Assembly: GCF_009914755.1 (NCBI RefSeq)
Contig: NC_060933.1
From: the human T2T-CHM13v2.0 reference genome, Homo sapiens
Reading direction: 5' to 3' (one strand)
DNA length: 64,000 nucleotides
The position numbers were made by a program, and so were the translations under genes. Below the pieces are notes generated by a model. The model saw only the letters and a list, made by a program, of their open reading frames with translations. It was not told the origin of the DNA and searched no databases. Numbering within the stretch: the stretch's first letter is position 1; every line of letters begins with the position of its first letter. Shown one piece after another: positions 29,981 through 45,000 of this stretch.

Positions 29981-32900
29981 GTACGGAATAGAATGGAAAG
30001 GAACGAAATGGAATGGAATGAAATGGAATGGAATGGAATGGAATGGAATGGAATGGAATGGAATGGAATCAACCCGAGTGCAAGGGAATGGAATGGAATT
30101 GAAGGCAATGGAATGGAATCATCCGGAATTGAATGGAATGGAATGGAATCAACTCGATTGCAATGGAATGGAATGGAATGGAATGGAATGGAATGGAATG
30201 GAATGGAATGGAATGGAATGGAATGGAATTAACCCGAATAGAATGGAATGGAATGGAATGGAAGTAAATGGAATGGAAGGTAATGAACCCGAGTGCAGGG
30301 GAATGGAATGGAATGGAATGCAATGAAATGGAGTCATCCGGAATGGAACGGAAATGAATGGAATGGAACCAACCCGTGTGCAATGGAATTGAAAGGAATG
30401 GAATGGAATGGAATGGAATGGAATGGAATGGAATGGAATGGATTCAACCCGAATGGAATGGAAAGGAAGGGAATCAACCCAAGTGGAATGGCATGGAATG
30501 GAATGGATTGGAATGGAATGGAATGGTACCGAATGGAATGGAATGGAATGGTACCGAATAGAATGGAATGGAACGAAATGGAATGGAATGGAATGGAATG
30601 GAATGGAATGGAGTGAACACGTGCAATGGATTGGAATGGAATGGAATGGAATGGAATGGAATGGAATGGGTTCGACTCGAATGGAACGGAATGTAATGAA
30701 ATCAACCCGAGTGGAATGGCATGTAATGGAATGGAATGGAATGGAATGGAATGGAAACAACACGAGTGCAATGTAATGGAATCGAATGGAATGGAATGCA
30801 ATGGATTCAACCCGAATGGAATGGAAACGAATGGAATAAAACCGAGTGGAATGGCATGGAATGGAGTCTAATGGAATGGAATGGAATGGAATGGTATGGA
30901 ATAGAATGGAATGGAACGAAATGGAATGGAATGGAATGGAATGAAATGAACCCGTGTGCAATGGAATGGAATGGAATGGAATGGAATGGAATGGATTCAA
31001 CTCGAATGGAATGGAAAGGAATGGAATCAACCCGAGTGGAATGGCATGGAATGGAATGGAATGGAATGGAATTAACCCTAATAGAATGGAATGGAATGGA
31101 ATGGAATGGAATGGAATGGAATGGAAGGAAATGGAATGGAATGGAATGGAATGGAATGGAATGGAATGGAATGGAATGGAATGGTACGGAATAGAATGGA
31201 ATGGAACGAAATGGAATGGAATGGAATGGAATGGGATGGAATGGAATGGAATGGAATCAACCCGAGTGCAGGGGAATGGAATGGAATGGAAGGCAATGGA
31301 ATGACATCATTCGGAATTGAATGGAATGAAATGGAATGGAATGGAATCAACTCGATTGGAATGGAATGGAATGGAATGGAATGGAATAGAATGGAATGGA
31401 ATGGAAGTGAATGGAATGGAATGTAATGAAACCGAGTGCAGGGGAATGGAATGGAATGGAATGCAATGGAATGGAGTCATCCGGAATGGAACGGAATGGA
31501 ATGGAATGGAATCAACCCGAGTGCAATGGAATGGAATGGAATGGAAAGGAATGGAATGGAATGGACTCAACCCGAATGGAATGGAAAGGAATGGAATCAA
31601 CCCGAGAGGAATGGCATGGAATGGAATGGAATGGAATGGAGTGGAATGGTACAGAATAGAATGTAATGGAACAAAATGGAATGGAATGGAATGGAATGGA
31701 ATGGAATCATTCCGAGTGGAATAGAAGGGAATGTTTTCGAGTGGAATGAAAAGGAATGGAATCAACCAGAGTGGAATGGAATGGAATCGAGTGGAATGGA
31801 ATGCAATCGAATGGAATGGAAAGGAATAGAATGGAATCAACCCGAGTGGAATGGAATGGAAAGGACTGGAATGGAATGGAATGGAATGCAATGGAATCAA
31901 CTCGATTGCAATGAAATGGAATGGAATGGAATGGAATGGAATGGAATTAACCGGAATAGAATGGAATTGAATGGAATGGAAAGGAATGGAATGGAATAGA
32001 ATGGAATGGAATGGATCCAACTCAAATGGAATGGAAAGGAATGGAATCAACCCGAGTGGAATGGCATGGAACGGAATGGAATGGAATGGAATGGAATGGA
32101 ATGAACCCTAATAGAATGGAATGGAATGGAATGGAATGGAATGGAATGGAATGGAAGGAAATGGAATGGAATGGAATGGAATGGAATGGAATGGAATGGA
32201 ATGGAAGGAAATGAATGGAATGGAATGGAATGGAATGGAATGGAATGGAATGGAATGGAAGGAAATGGAATGGAATGGAATGGAATGGAATGGAATGGAA
32301 TGGAATGGAATGGAATGGAAGGAAATGGAATGGAATGGAATGGAATGGAATGGAATGGTACGGAATAGAATGGAATGGAACGAAATGGAATGGAATGGAA
32401 TGGAATGGAATGGAATGGAATGGAATGGAAGTGAATGGAATGGAATGTAATGAAACCGAGTGCAGGGGAATGGAATGGAATGGAATGCAATGGAATGGAG
32501 TCATCCGGAATGGAACGGAATGGAATGGAATGGAATCAACCCGAGTGCAATGGAATGGAATGGAATGGAAAGGAATGGAATGGAATGGATTCAACCCGAA
32601 TGGAATGGAAAGGAATGGAATCAACCCGAGAGGAATGGCATGGAATGGAATGGAATGGAATGGAGTGGAATGGTACGGAATAGAATGTAATGGAACGAAA
32701 CGGAATGGAATGGAATGGAATGGAATGGAATGGAATGGAATCATTCCGAGTGGAATAGAAGGGAATGTTTTCGAGTGGAATGAAAAGGAATGGTATCAAC
32801 CAGAGTGGAATGGAATGGAATCGAATGGAATGGAAAGGAATAGAATGGAATCAACCCGAGTGGAATGGAATGGAAAGGACTGGAATGGAATGGAATGGAA

Positions 32901-35900
32901 TGCAATGGAATCAACTCGATTGCAATGAAATGGAATGGAATGGAATGGAATGGAATGGAATGGAATGGAATGGAATAGAATGGAAAGGAATCACTCCAAG
33001 TGCAGGGGAATTTAATGGAATGGAATGCAGTGGAATGGAATCATCCGGAATGGAATGGAATGGAATGGAATGGAACGGAATGGAATGGAATCAACTCGAA
33101 TTCAATGGAATGGAAAGGAATGGAATGGAATGGAATGCAATGGAATCGTACGGAATAGAATGGAATGGAACGAAATGGAATGTAATGGAATGGACTGGAA
33201 TGGAATGGAATGGAATGGAACGGAATGGAATGGAATGAACCCGCGTGCAATGGAATGGAACGGAATGGAATGGAATGGAATGGAATGGAATGGAATGGGT
33301 TCAACTCGAATGGAATGGAAAGGAATGGAATCAACACGAGTGGAATGGCATGGAATGGAATGGAATTGAATGAAATGGAATGGAATGGAATGGAATGAAA
33401 TGTAATGGAATGGAAAGGAATGGAATCAACACGAGTGGAATGGCATGGAATGGAATGGAATTGAATGAAATGGAATGGAATGGAATGGAATGAAATGTAA
33501 TGGAATGGAATGGAATGGAATCAACCCGAGTGCAATGTAATGGAATCGAATGGAATGGAATGGAATGGATTCAACCCGAATGGAATTAAAAGGAATGGAA
33601 TATACCCGAGTGGAATGGCATGGAATGGAGTGGAATGGAATGGAATGGAATGGAATGGAATGGTACGGAATAGAATGGAATGTAACGAAATGGAATGTAA
33701 GGGAATGGAATGGAATGGAATGGAATGAACCCGTGTGCAATGGAATGGAATGGAATGGAATGGAATGGAATGGAATGGAATGGATTCAACTCTAATGGAA
33801 TGGAAGGGAATGGAATCAACGCGAGTGGAATGGCATGGAATGGAATGGAATGGAATGGAATGGAAGTAAATGGAATGGAATGGAATGAACCCGAGTGCAG
33901 GGGAATGGAATGGAATGGAATGGAATGGAATGGAATGGAATTGAATGGAATGGAATGGAATGCAGTGGAATGGAATCAAACCTAGTGCAATTGAATGGAA
34001 TGGAATGGAATGGAATGGAATGGAATGGAATGGATTCAACCCAAATGGAATGGAAAGCAATGGAATCAACCCGAGTGGAATGGCATGGAATGGAATGGAA
34101 TGGAATGTAATGGAATGGAATGGAATGGAATGGAATGGTACGGAATAAAATGGAATGGAACGAAATGGAATGGAATGGAACGGAATAGAATGGAATCATT
34201 CCGAGTGGAATAGAAGGGAATGAATTCGAGTGGAATGGAAAGGAATGGAATCAACCAGAGTGGAATGGAAGGGAATGGAATGGAATGGAAACTAATAAAA
34301 TGGAATCAACACGAGTGGAATGGAATGGAAAGGACTTGAATGGAATGGAATGGAATGGAATGGAATCAAGTCGATTGCAATGGAATGTAATGGAATGGAG
34401 TGGAATGGAATTAACGCGAATAGAATGGAATGGAATGGAATGGAATGGAATGGAATGGAATGGAATGGAATGGAATGGAATCAACCTGAGTGCAGGGGAA
34501 TAGAATGCAATGGAATGCAATGGAATGGAATGGAATGGAATGGAATCAACGCGAGTGCAGGGGAATGGAATGTAATGGAATGCAATGGAATGGAATCTTC
34601 CGGAATGGAATGGAATGGAATGGAATCAACCCGAGTGCAATGGAATGGAGTGGAATGGAATGGAATGGAATTGAACAACCCGAATGCAATCGAATGTAAT
34701 GGAGAGTAAGGGAGTTGAATAGAATCAATCCGAATGTAATGGAATGGAATGGAACGGAATGGAATTGAATGGTATGGAATGGAATGCAATGGAATGGAAT
34801 CAACCCGAGTGCAATGGAATGGAGAGGAATGGAATGGAAACTACCCGAATGGAATGGAATGTAATGGAGTGTAAGGGAATTGAATAGAATCAATCCGAAT
34901 GTAATGGAATGGAATGGAACGGAATGGAATGGAATGGAATGGAATGGAATGGAATGGAATGGAATACAATGGAATGGAATCAACCCGAGTGCAATCGAAT
35001 GGAATCGAAAGTAATGGAATGCAATGGAATGGATTCAACTTGAATGGAATGGAAAGAATGGAATCAATACGAGTGGAATGGCATGGATTGGAATGGAATG
35101 GAATGGAATCAACCCGAGTACAGGGGAATGGAATGGAATGGAATGCAATGGAATGGAATCATCCGTAATGTAATGGAAAGGAATGGAATGGAATGGAATG
35201 GAATGGAATGGAATGGAATGGAATCAACTCGATTGCAGTCGAATGGAATGGAATGGAATTAACCCAAATAGAATGGAATGGAATGGAATGGAATGGAACG
35301 GAAAGGAATGGAATGGAATGGAATGGAATAGAATGGAATGGAACGGAACGGAATGGAACGGAATGGAATGGAATGGAATGGAATGGAATGGAATGGAATC
35401 AACGCGAGTGCAGGGGAATGGAATGGAATGGAATGCAATGGAATGGAATCTTCCGGAATGGAATGGAATGGAATGGAATGGCATGAAATGCAATGGATTC
35501 AACTCGATTGCAATGGAATGGAATAGAATGGAATGGAATGGAATGGAATGGAATTAACCCGAATAGAATGGAATGGAATGGAATGGAACGGAATGGAACG
35601 GAATGGAATGGAATGGAATGGAATGGAATGGAATGGAATGGTATGGAGTGGAATGGAATGGAATCAACACGAGTGCAGTGTAATGGAATCGAATGGAATG
35701 GAATGGAATGGAATGGATTCAACACGAATGGAATGGAAAGGAATGGAATAAACCCGCGTGGAATGGCATGGAATGGAGTGGAATGGAATGGAATGGAATG
35801 GAATGGAATCAACCCGAGTGCAATGTAATGGAATGGAATGGAATGGAATGGAATGGAATGGATTCAACCCGAATGGAATGGAAAGGAATGGAATAATCCC

Positions 35901-36160
35901 GAGTGGAATGGCATGAAGTGGAGTGGAATGGAATGGAATGGAATGGAATGGTACGGAATAGAATGGAATGGAACGAAATGGAATGGAATGGAATGGAATG
36001 GAATGGAATGGAATGAACCCGTGTGCAATGGAATGGAATCGAATGGAATGGAATGGATTGGAATGGATTCAACTCGAATGGAATGGAAAGGAATGGAATC
36101 AACCCGAGTGGAATGGCATGGAATGGAATGGAATGGAATGGAATGGAATGGAATGGAATG
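29981..36160 (+). repeat. Domain B unit, copy 3 (~6.15 kb)
   Basis: Markers TGACATC 31302, TCACTCCAAG 32991, TCAAACCTAG 33976. Carries a private 2 bp deletion (GAACACGTGCAAT at ~30615 versus GAACACGTGTGCAAT in the other copies). Confidence 0.88.
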
Positions 36161-39100
36161 GTACGGAATAGAATGGAAAGGAACGAAATGGAATGGAATG
36201 AAATGGAATGGAATGGAATGGAATGGAATGGAATGGAATGGAATCAACCAGAGTGCAGGGGAATGGAATGGAATTGAAGGCAATGGAATGGAATCATCCG
36301 GAATTGAATGGAATGGAATGGAATCAACTCGATTGCAATGGAATGGAATGGAATGGAATGGAATGGAATGGAATGGAATTAACCAGAATAGAATGGAATG
36401 GAATGGAATGGAAGTAAATGGAATGGAAGGTAATGAACCCGAGTGCAGGGGAATGGAATGGAATGGAATGCAATGAAATGGAGTCATCCGGAATGGAACG
36501 GAAAGGAATGGAATGGAACCAACCCGTGTGCAATGGAATTGAAAGGAATGGAATGGAATGGAATGGAATGGAATGGAATGGAATGGAATGGAATGGATTC
36601 AACCCGAATGGAATGGAAAGGAAGGGAATCAACCCAAGTGGAATGGCATGGAATGGAATGGATTGGAATGGAATGGAATGGTACCGAATGGAATGGAATG
36701 GAATGGTACCGAATAGAATGGAATGAAACGAAATGGAATGGAATGGAATGGAATGGAATGGAATGGAGTGAACACGTGTGCAATGGATTGGAATGGAATG
36801 GAATGGAATGGAATGGAATGGAATGGGTTCGACTCGAATGGAACGGAATGTAATGAAATCAACCCGAGTGGAATGGCATGGAATGGAATGGAATGGAATG
36901 GAATGGAATGGAAACAACACGAGTGCAATGTAATGGAATCGAATGGAATGGAATGCAATGGATTCAACCCGAATGGAATGGAAACGAATGGAATAAAACC
37001 GAGTGGAATGGCATGGAATGGAGTCTAATGGAATGGAATGGAATGGAATGGTATGGAATAGAATGGAATGGAACGAAATGGAATGGAATGGAATGGAATG
37101 AAATGAACCCGTGTGCAATGGAATGGAATGGAATGGAATGGAATGGAATGGAATGGATTCAACTCGAATGGAATGGAAAGGAATGGAATCAACCCGAGTG
37201 GAATGGCATGGAATGGAATGGAATGGAATGGAATTAACCCTAATAGAATGGAATGGAATGGAATGGAATGGAATGGAATGGAATGGAAGGAAATGGAATG
37301 GAATGGAATGGAATGGAATGGAATGGAATGGAATGGTACGGAATAGAATGGAATGGAACGAAATGGAATGGAATGGAATGGAATGGGATGGAATGGAATG
37401 GAATGGAATCAACCCGAGTGCAGGGGAATGGAATGGAATGGAAGGCAATGGAATGACATCATTCGGAATTGAATGGAATGGAATGGAATGGAATGGAATC
37501 AACTCGATTGGAATGGAATGGAATGGAATGGAATGGAATGGAATGGAATGGAATGGAATGGAATGGAAGTGAATGGAATGGAATGTAATGAAACCGAGTG
37601 CAGGGGAATGGAATGGAATGGAATGCAATGGAATGGAGTCATCCGGAATGGAACGGAATGGAATGGAATGGAATCAACCCGAGTGCAATGGAATGGAATG
37701 GAATGGAAAGGAATGGAATGGAATGGACTCAACCCGAATGGAATGGAAAGGAATGGAATCAACCCGAGAGGAATGGCATGGAATGGAATGGAATGGAATG
37801 GAGTGGAATGGTACAGAATAGAATGTAATGGAACGAAATGGAATGGAATGGAATGGAATGGAATGGAATCATTCCGAGTGGAATAGAAGGGAATGTTTTC
37901 GAGTGGAATGAAAAGGAATGGAATCAACCAGAGTGGAATGGAATGGAATCGAGTGGAATGGAATGCAATCGAATGGAATGGAAAGGAATAGAATGGAATC
38001 AACCCGAGTGGAATGGAATGGAAAGGACTGGAATGGAATGGAATGGAATGCAATGGAATCAACTCGATTGCAATGAAATGGAATGGAATGGAATGGAATG
38101 GAATGGAATTAACCGGAATAGAATGGAATTGAATGGAATGGAAAGGAATGGAATGGAATAGAATGGAATGGAATGGATTCAACTCGAATGGAATGGAAAG
38201 GAATGGAATCAACCCGAGTGGAATGGCATGGAACGGAATGGAAGGAATGGAATGGAATGGAATGGAATGGAATGGAAGGAAATGGAATGGAATGGAATGG
38301 AATGGAATGGAATGGAATGGAAGGAAATGGAATGGAATGGAATGGAATGGAATGGAATGGAATGGAATGGTACGGAATAGAATGGAAGGGAACGAAATGG
38401 AATGGAATGGAATGGAATGGAATGGAATGGAATGGAATGGAAGTGAATGGAATGGAATGTAATGAAACCGAGTGCAGGGGAATGGAATGGAATGGAATGC
38501 AATGGAATGGAGTCATCCGGAATGGAACGGAATGGAATGGAATGGAATCAACCCGAGTGCAATGGAATGGAATGGAATGGAAAGGAATGGAATGGAATGG
38601 ATTCAACCCGAATGGAATGGAAAGGAATGGAATCAACCCGAGAGGAATGGCATGGAATGGAATGGAATGGAATGGAGTGGAATGGTACGGAATAGAATGT
38701 AATGGAACGAAACGGAATGGAATGGAATGGAATGGAATGGAATGGAATGGAATGGAATGGAATCATTCCGAGTGGAATAGAAGGGAATGTTTTCGAGTGG
38801 AATGAAAAGGAATGGTATCAACCAGAGTGGAATGGAATGGAATCGAATGGAATGGAAAGGAATAGAATGGAATCAACCCGAGTGGAATGGAATGGAAAGG
38901 ACTGGAATGGAATGGAATAGAATGCAATGGAATCAACTCGATTGCAATGAAATGGAATGGAATGGAATGGAATGGAATGGAATGGAATGGAATGGAATAG
39001 AATGGAAAGGAATCACTCCAAGTGCAGGGGAATTTAATGGAATGGAATGCAGTGGAATGGAATCATCCGGAATGGAATGGAATGGAATGGAATGGAACGG

Positions 39101-40640
39101 AATGGAATGGAATCAACTCGAATTCAATGGAATGGAAAGGAATGGAATGGAATGGAATGCAATGGAATCGTACGGAATAGAATGGAATGGAACGAAATGG
39201 AATGTAATGGAATGGAATGGAATGGAATGGAATGGAATGGAACGGAATGGAATGGAATGAACCCGCGTGCAATGGAATGGAACGGAATGGAATGGAATGG
39301 AATGGAATGGAATGGAATGGGTTCAACTCGAATGGAATGGAAAGGAATGGAATCAACACGAGTGGAATGGCATGGAATGGAATGGAATTGAATGAAATGG
39401 AATGGAATGGAATGGAATGAAATGTAATGGAATGGAAAGGAATGGAATCAACACGAGTGGAATGGCATGGAATGGAATGGAATTGAATGAAATGGAATGG
39501 AATGGAATGGAATGAAATGTAATGGAATGGAATGGAATGGAATCAACCCGAGTGCAATGTAATGGAATCGAATGGAATGGAATGGAATGGATTCAACCCG
39601 AATGGAATTAAAAGGAATGGAATATACCCGAGTGGAATGGCATGGAATGGAGTGGAATGGAACGGAATGGAATGGAATGGAATGGTACGGAATAGAATGG
39701 AATGTAACGAAATGGAATGTAAGGGAATGGAATGGAATGGAATGGAATGAACCCGTGTGCAATGGAATGGAATGGAATGGAATGGAATGGAATGGAATGG
39801 ATTCAACTCTAATGGAATGGAAGGGAATGGAATCAACGCGAGTGGAATGGCATGGAATGGAATGGAATGGAATGGAATGGAATGGAATGGAATGGAAGTA
39901 AATGGAATGGAATGGAATGAACCCGAGTGCAGGGGAATGGAATGGAATGGAATGGAATGGAATGGAATGGAATGGAATGGAATGGAATGCAGTGGAATGG
40001 AATCAAACCTAGTGCAATTGAATGGAATGGAATGGAATGGAATGGAATGGAATGGAATGGAATGGATTCAACCCAAATGGAATGGAAAGCAATGGAATCA
40101 ACCCGAGTGGAATGGCATGGAATGGAATGGAATGGAATGGAATGGAATGGAATGGAATGGAATGGAATGGTACGGAATAAAATGGAATGGAACGAAATGG
40201 AATGGAATGGAACGGAATACAATGGAATCATTCCGAGTGGAATAGAAGGGAATGAATTCGAGTGGAATGGAAAGGAATGGAATCAACCAGAGTGGAATGG
40301 AAGGGAATGGAATGGAATGGAAACTAATAAAATGGAATCAACACGAGTGGAATGGAATGGAAAGGACTTGAATGGAATGGAATGGAATGGAATGGAATCA
40401 AGTCGATTGCAATGGAATGTAATGGAATGGAGTGGAATGGAATTAACGCGAATAGAATGGAATGGAATGGAATGGAATGGAATGGAATGGAATGGAATGG
40501 AATCAACCTGAGTGCAGGGGAATGGAATGCAATGGAATGCAATGGAATGGAATGGAATCAACGCGAGTGCAGGGGAATGGAATGTAATGGAATGCAATGG
40601 AATGGAATCTTCCGGAATGGAATGGAATGGAATGGAATGG
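36161..40640 (+). repeat. Domain B unit, copy 4 (3'-truncated)
   Basis: Markers TGACATC 37454, TCACTCCAAG 39013, TCAAACCTAG 40003. Departs from copies 1-3 after GGAATCTTCCGG at ~40604-40620. Confidence 0.85.
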
Positions 40641-41229
40641 AATGAAATGCAATAGATTCAACTCGATTGCAATGGAATGGAATGGAATGGAATGGAATGA
40701 AATGCAATGGATTCAACTCGATTGCAATGGAATGGAATAGATTGGAATGGAATGGAATGGAATGGAATGGAATGGAATGGAATTAACCCGAATAGAATGG
40801 AATGGAATGGAATGGAACGGAATGGAACGAAATGGAATGGAATGGAATGGAATGGAATGGAATGGTATGGAATGGAATGGAATGGTACGGAATAGAATGG
40901 AATGGAACGAATTGTAATGGAATGGAATTGAATGGAATGGAATGGAATGGAATGGAATGGAATCAACGCGAGTGCAGGGGAATGTAATGGAACGGAATGC
41001 AATGGAATGGAAACATCCGGAATGGAATGGAATGGAATGGAAAGGAATGGAATCAACCCGAGTGCAATGGAATGGAGTGGAATGGAATGGAATGGAATGG
41101 AACAACCCGAATGGAATAGAATGTAATGGAGAGTAAGGGAGTTGAATAGAATCAATCCGAATGTAATGGAATGGAATGCAACGGATTGGAATGGAATGGA
41201 ATGGGATGGAATGCAATGGAATGGAATCA

Positions 41230-41900
41230 ACCCGAGTGCAGGGGAATGGAATGGAATGGAATGGAATGGAATGGAATGGAATGGAATGGAATGGAATGGA
41301 ATGGAATGCAGTGGAATGGAATCAAACCTAGTGCAATTGAATGGAATGGAATGGAATGGAATGGAATGGAATGGAATGGAATGGAATGGATTCAACCCAA
41401 ATGGAATGGAAAGCAATGGAATCAACCCGAGTGGAATGGCATGGAATGGAATGGAATGGAATGTAATGGAATGGAATGGAATGGAATGGAATGGTACGGA
41501 ATAAAATGGAATGGAACGAAATGGAATGGAATGGAACGGAATAGAATGGAATCATTCCGAGTGGAATAGAAGGGAATGAATTCGAGTGGAATGGAAAGGA
41601 ATGGAATCAACCAGAGTGGAATGGAAGGGAATGGAATGGAATGGAAACTAATAAAATGGAATCAACACGAGTGGAATGGAATGGAAAGGACTTGAATGGA
41701 ATGGAATGGAATGGAATGGAATCAAGTCGATTGCAATGGAATGTAATGGAATGGAGTGGAATGGAATTAACGTGAATAGAATGGAATGGAATGGAATGGA
41801 ATGGAATGGAATGGAATGGAATGGAATGGAATGGAATCAACCTGAGTGCAGGGGAATAGAATGCAATGGAATGCAATGGAATGGAATGGAATGGAATGGA
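41230..41900 (+). repeat. Isolated ~0.67 kb fragment of the domain B unit
   Basis: Fifth occurrence of TCAAACCTAG (41322), TCATTCCGAG...GAATTCGAG (~41552), TCAAGTCGATT (~41722) and CAACCTGAG (~41838), flanked on both sides by A-type sequence. Confidence 0.85.
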
Positions 41901-42002
41901 ATCAACGCGAGTGCAGGGGAATGTAATGGAACGGAATGCAATGGAATGGAATCATCCGGAATGGAATGGAATGGAATGGAATGGAATGGAATGGAATGGA
42001 AT

Positions 42003-45000
42003 CAACCCGAGTGCAATGGAATGGAGTGGAATGGAATGGAATGGAATGGAATGGTATGGAATGGAATGGAATGGTACGGAATAGAATGGAATGGAACGAA
42101 TTGTAATGGAATGGAATTGAATGGAATGGAATGGAATGGAATGGAATGGAATCAACGCGAGTGCAGGGGAATGTAATGGAACGGAATGCAATGGAATGGA
42201 AACATCCGGAATGGAATGGAATGGAATGGAAAGGAATGGAATCATCCGGAGTGCAATGGAATGGAGTGGAATGGAATGGAATGGAATGGAACAACCCGAA
42301 TGGAATGGAATGTAATGGAGAGTAAGGGAGTTGAATAGAATCAATCCGAATGCAATGGAATGGAATGCAACGGATTGAAATGGAATGGAATGGGATGGAA
42401 TGCAATGGAATGGAATCAACCCGAGTACAATGGAATGGAATGGAATGGAATGGAATGGAATGGAATGGAATGCCTTCAAACCGAATGGAATGGAAAGGAA
42501 TGGAATCAACACGAGTGGAATGGAATGGAATGGAATGGAATGGAATGGAATGGAATGGAATGGAATGATACGGAATAGAATGTGATGGAACGAAATGGAA
42601 TGGAATGGAATGGAATGGAATGGAATGGAATGGAATGGAATCGTTCTGAGTGGAATAGGAGGGAATGTATTCGAGTGGAATGGAAAGGAATGGAATCAAC
42701 CAGAGTGGAATGGAAGGGAACGGAATGGAATGGAAACTAATAGAATGGAATCAACCCGAGTGGAATGGAATGGAAAGGACTGGAATGGAATGGAATGGAA
42801 TGGAATGGAATCAACTCGATTGGAATAGAATGGAATGGAATGGAATGGAATGGAATGGAATTAACCCGAATACAATGGAATGGAATGGAATGCAATGGAA
42901 TGGAGTGGAATGGAATGGAATCAACCCGACTGCAGGGGAATGCAATGGAATGGAATGCAATGGAATGGAGTCATCCGGAATCGAATGGAATGGAATGGAA
43001 TGCAAAGCAATGGAATCAACTCGATTGCAATGGAATGGAATGGAATGGAATGGAAAGGAATACATTGGAATCAACCCGAGTGGAATGGAATGGAAAGGAC
43101 TGGAATGGAGTGGAATGGAATGGAATGGAATGGAATGGAATCAACTCGATTGGAATGGAATGGAATGGAATGGAATGGAATGGAATGGAATGGAATGGAA
43201 TTAACCCGAATAGAATGCAATGGAATGGAATGGAAAGGAACGGAACGGAATGGAATGGAATGGAATGGAATGGAATGGAATGGAATGGAATCAACCAGAC
43301 TGCAGGGGAATGGAATGGAATGGAATGCAATGGAATGGATTCAACTTGAATGGAATGGAAAGAATGGAATCAACACGAGTGGAATGGCATGGATTGGAAT
43401 GGAATGGAATGGAGTCAACCCGAGTACAGGGGAATGGAATGGAATGGATTCAACCCGAGTACAGGGGAATGGAATGGAATGGAATGCAATGGAATGGAAT
43501 GGAATGCAATGGAATGGAATCATCCGTAATGGAATGGAAAGGAATGGAATGGAATGGAATGGAATGGAATGGAATGGAATGGAATGGAATGGAATAGAAT
43601 CAACTCGATTGCAATCGAATGGAATGGAATGGAATTAACCCAAATAGAATGGAATGGAATGGAATGGAACGGAACGGAACGGAATGGAATGGAATGGAAT
43701 GGAATGGAACGGAAAGGAAGGGAATAGAATGGAATAGAATGGAATGGAATGGAATCAACGCGAGTGCAGGGGAATGGAATGGAATGGAATGCAATGGAAT
43801 GGAATCTTCCGGAATGGAATGGAATGGAATTGAATGGAATGGAATCAACCCGAGTGCAGTGGAATGGAGTGGAATGGAATGGAATGGAATGGAACAACCC
43901 GAATGGAATGGAATGTAATGGAGAGTAAGGGAGTTGAATAGAATCAATCCGAATGTAATGGAATGGAATGGAACGGAATGGAATTGAATGGAATGGAATG
44001 GAATGCAATGGAATGGAATCAACCCGAGTGCAATGGAATGGAGTGGAATGGAATGGAATGGAATGGAATGGTATGGAATGGAATGGAATGGTACGGAATA
44101 GAATGGAATGGAACGAATTGTAATGGAATGGAATTGAATGGAATGGAATGGAATGGAATGGAATGGAATCAACGCGAGTGCAGGGGAATGTAATGGAACG
44201 GAATGCAATGGAATGGAAACATCCGGAATGGAATGGAATGGAATGGAAAGGAATGGAATCATCCGGAGTGCAATGGAATGGAGTGGAATGGAATGGAATG
44301 GAATGGAACAACCCGAATGGAATGGAATGTAATGGAGAGTAAGGGAGTTGAATAGAATCAATCCGAATGCAATGGAATGGAATGCAACGGATTGAAATGG
44401 AATGGAATGGGATGGAATGCAATGGAATGGAATCAACCCGAGTACAATGGAATGGAATGGAATGGAATGGAATGGAATGGAATGGAATGCCTTCAAACCG
44501 AATGGAATGGAAAGGAATGGAATCAACACGAGTGGAATGGAATGGAATGGAATGGAATGGAATGGAATGGAATGGAATGGAATGATACGGAATAGAATGT
44601 GATGGAACGAAATGGAATGGAATGGAATGGAATGGAATGGAATGGAATGGAATGGAATCGTTCTGAGTGGAATAGGAGGGAATGTATTCGAGTGGAATGG
44701 AAAGGAATGGAATCAACCAGAGTGGAATGGAAGGGAACGGAATGGAATGGAAACTAATAGAATGGAATCAACCCGAGTGGAATGGAATGGAAAGGACTGG
44801 AATGGAATGGAATGGAATGGAATGGAATCAACTCGATTGGAATAGAATGGAATGGAATGGAATGGAATGGAATGGAATTAACCCGAATACAATGGAATGG
44901 AATGGAATGCAATGGAATGGAGTGGAATGGAATGGAATCAACCCGACTGCAGGGGAATGCAATGGAATGGAATGCAATGGAATGGAGTCATCCGGAATCG

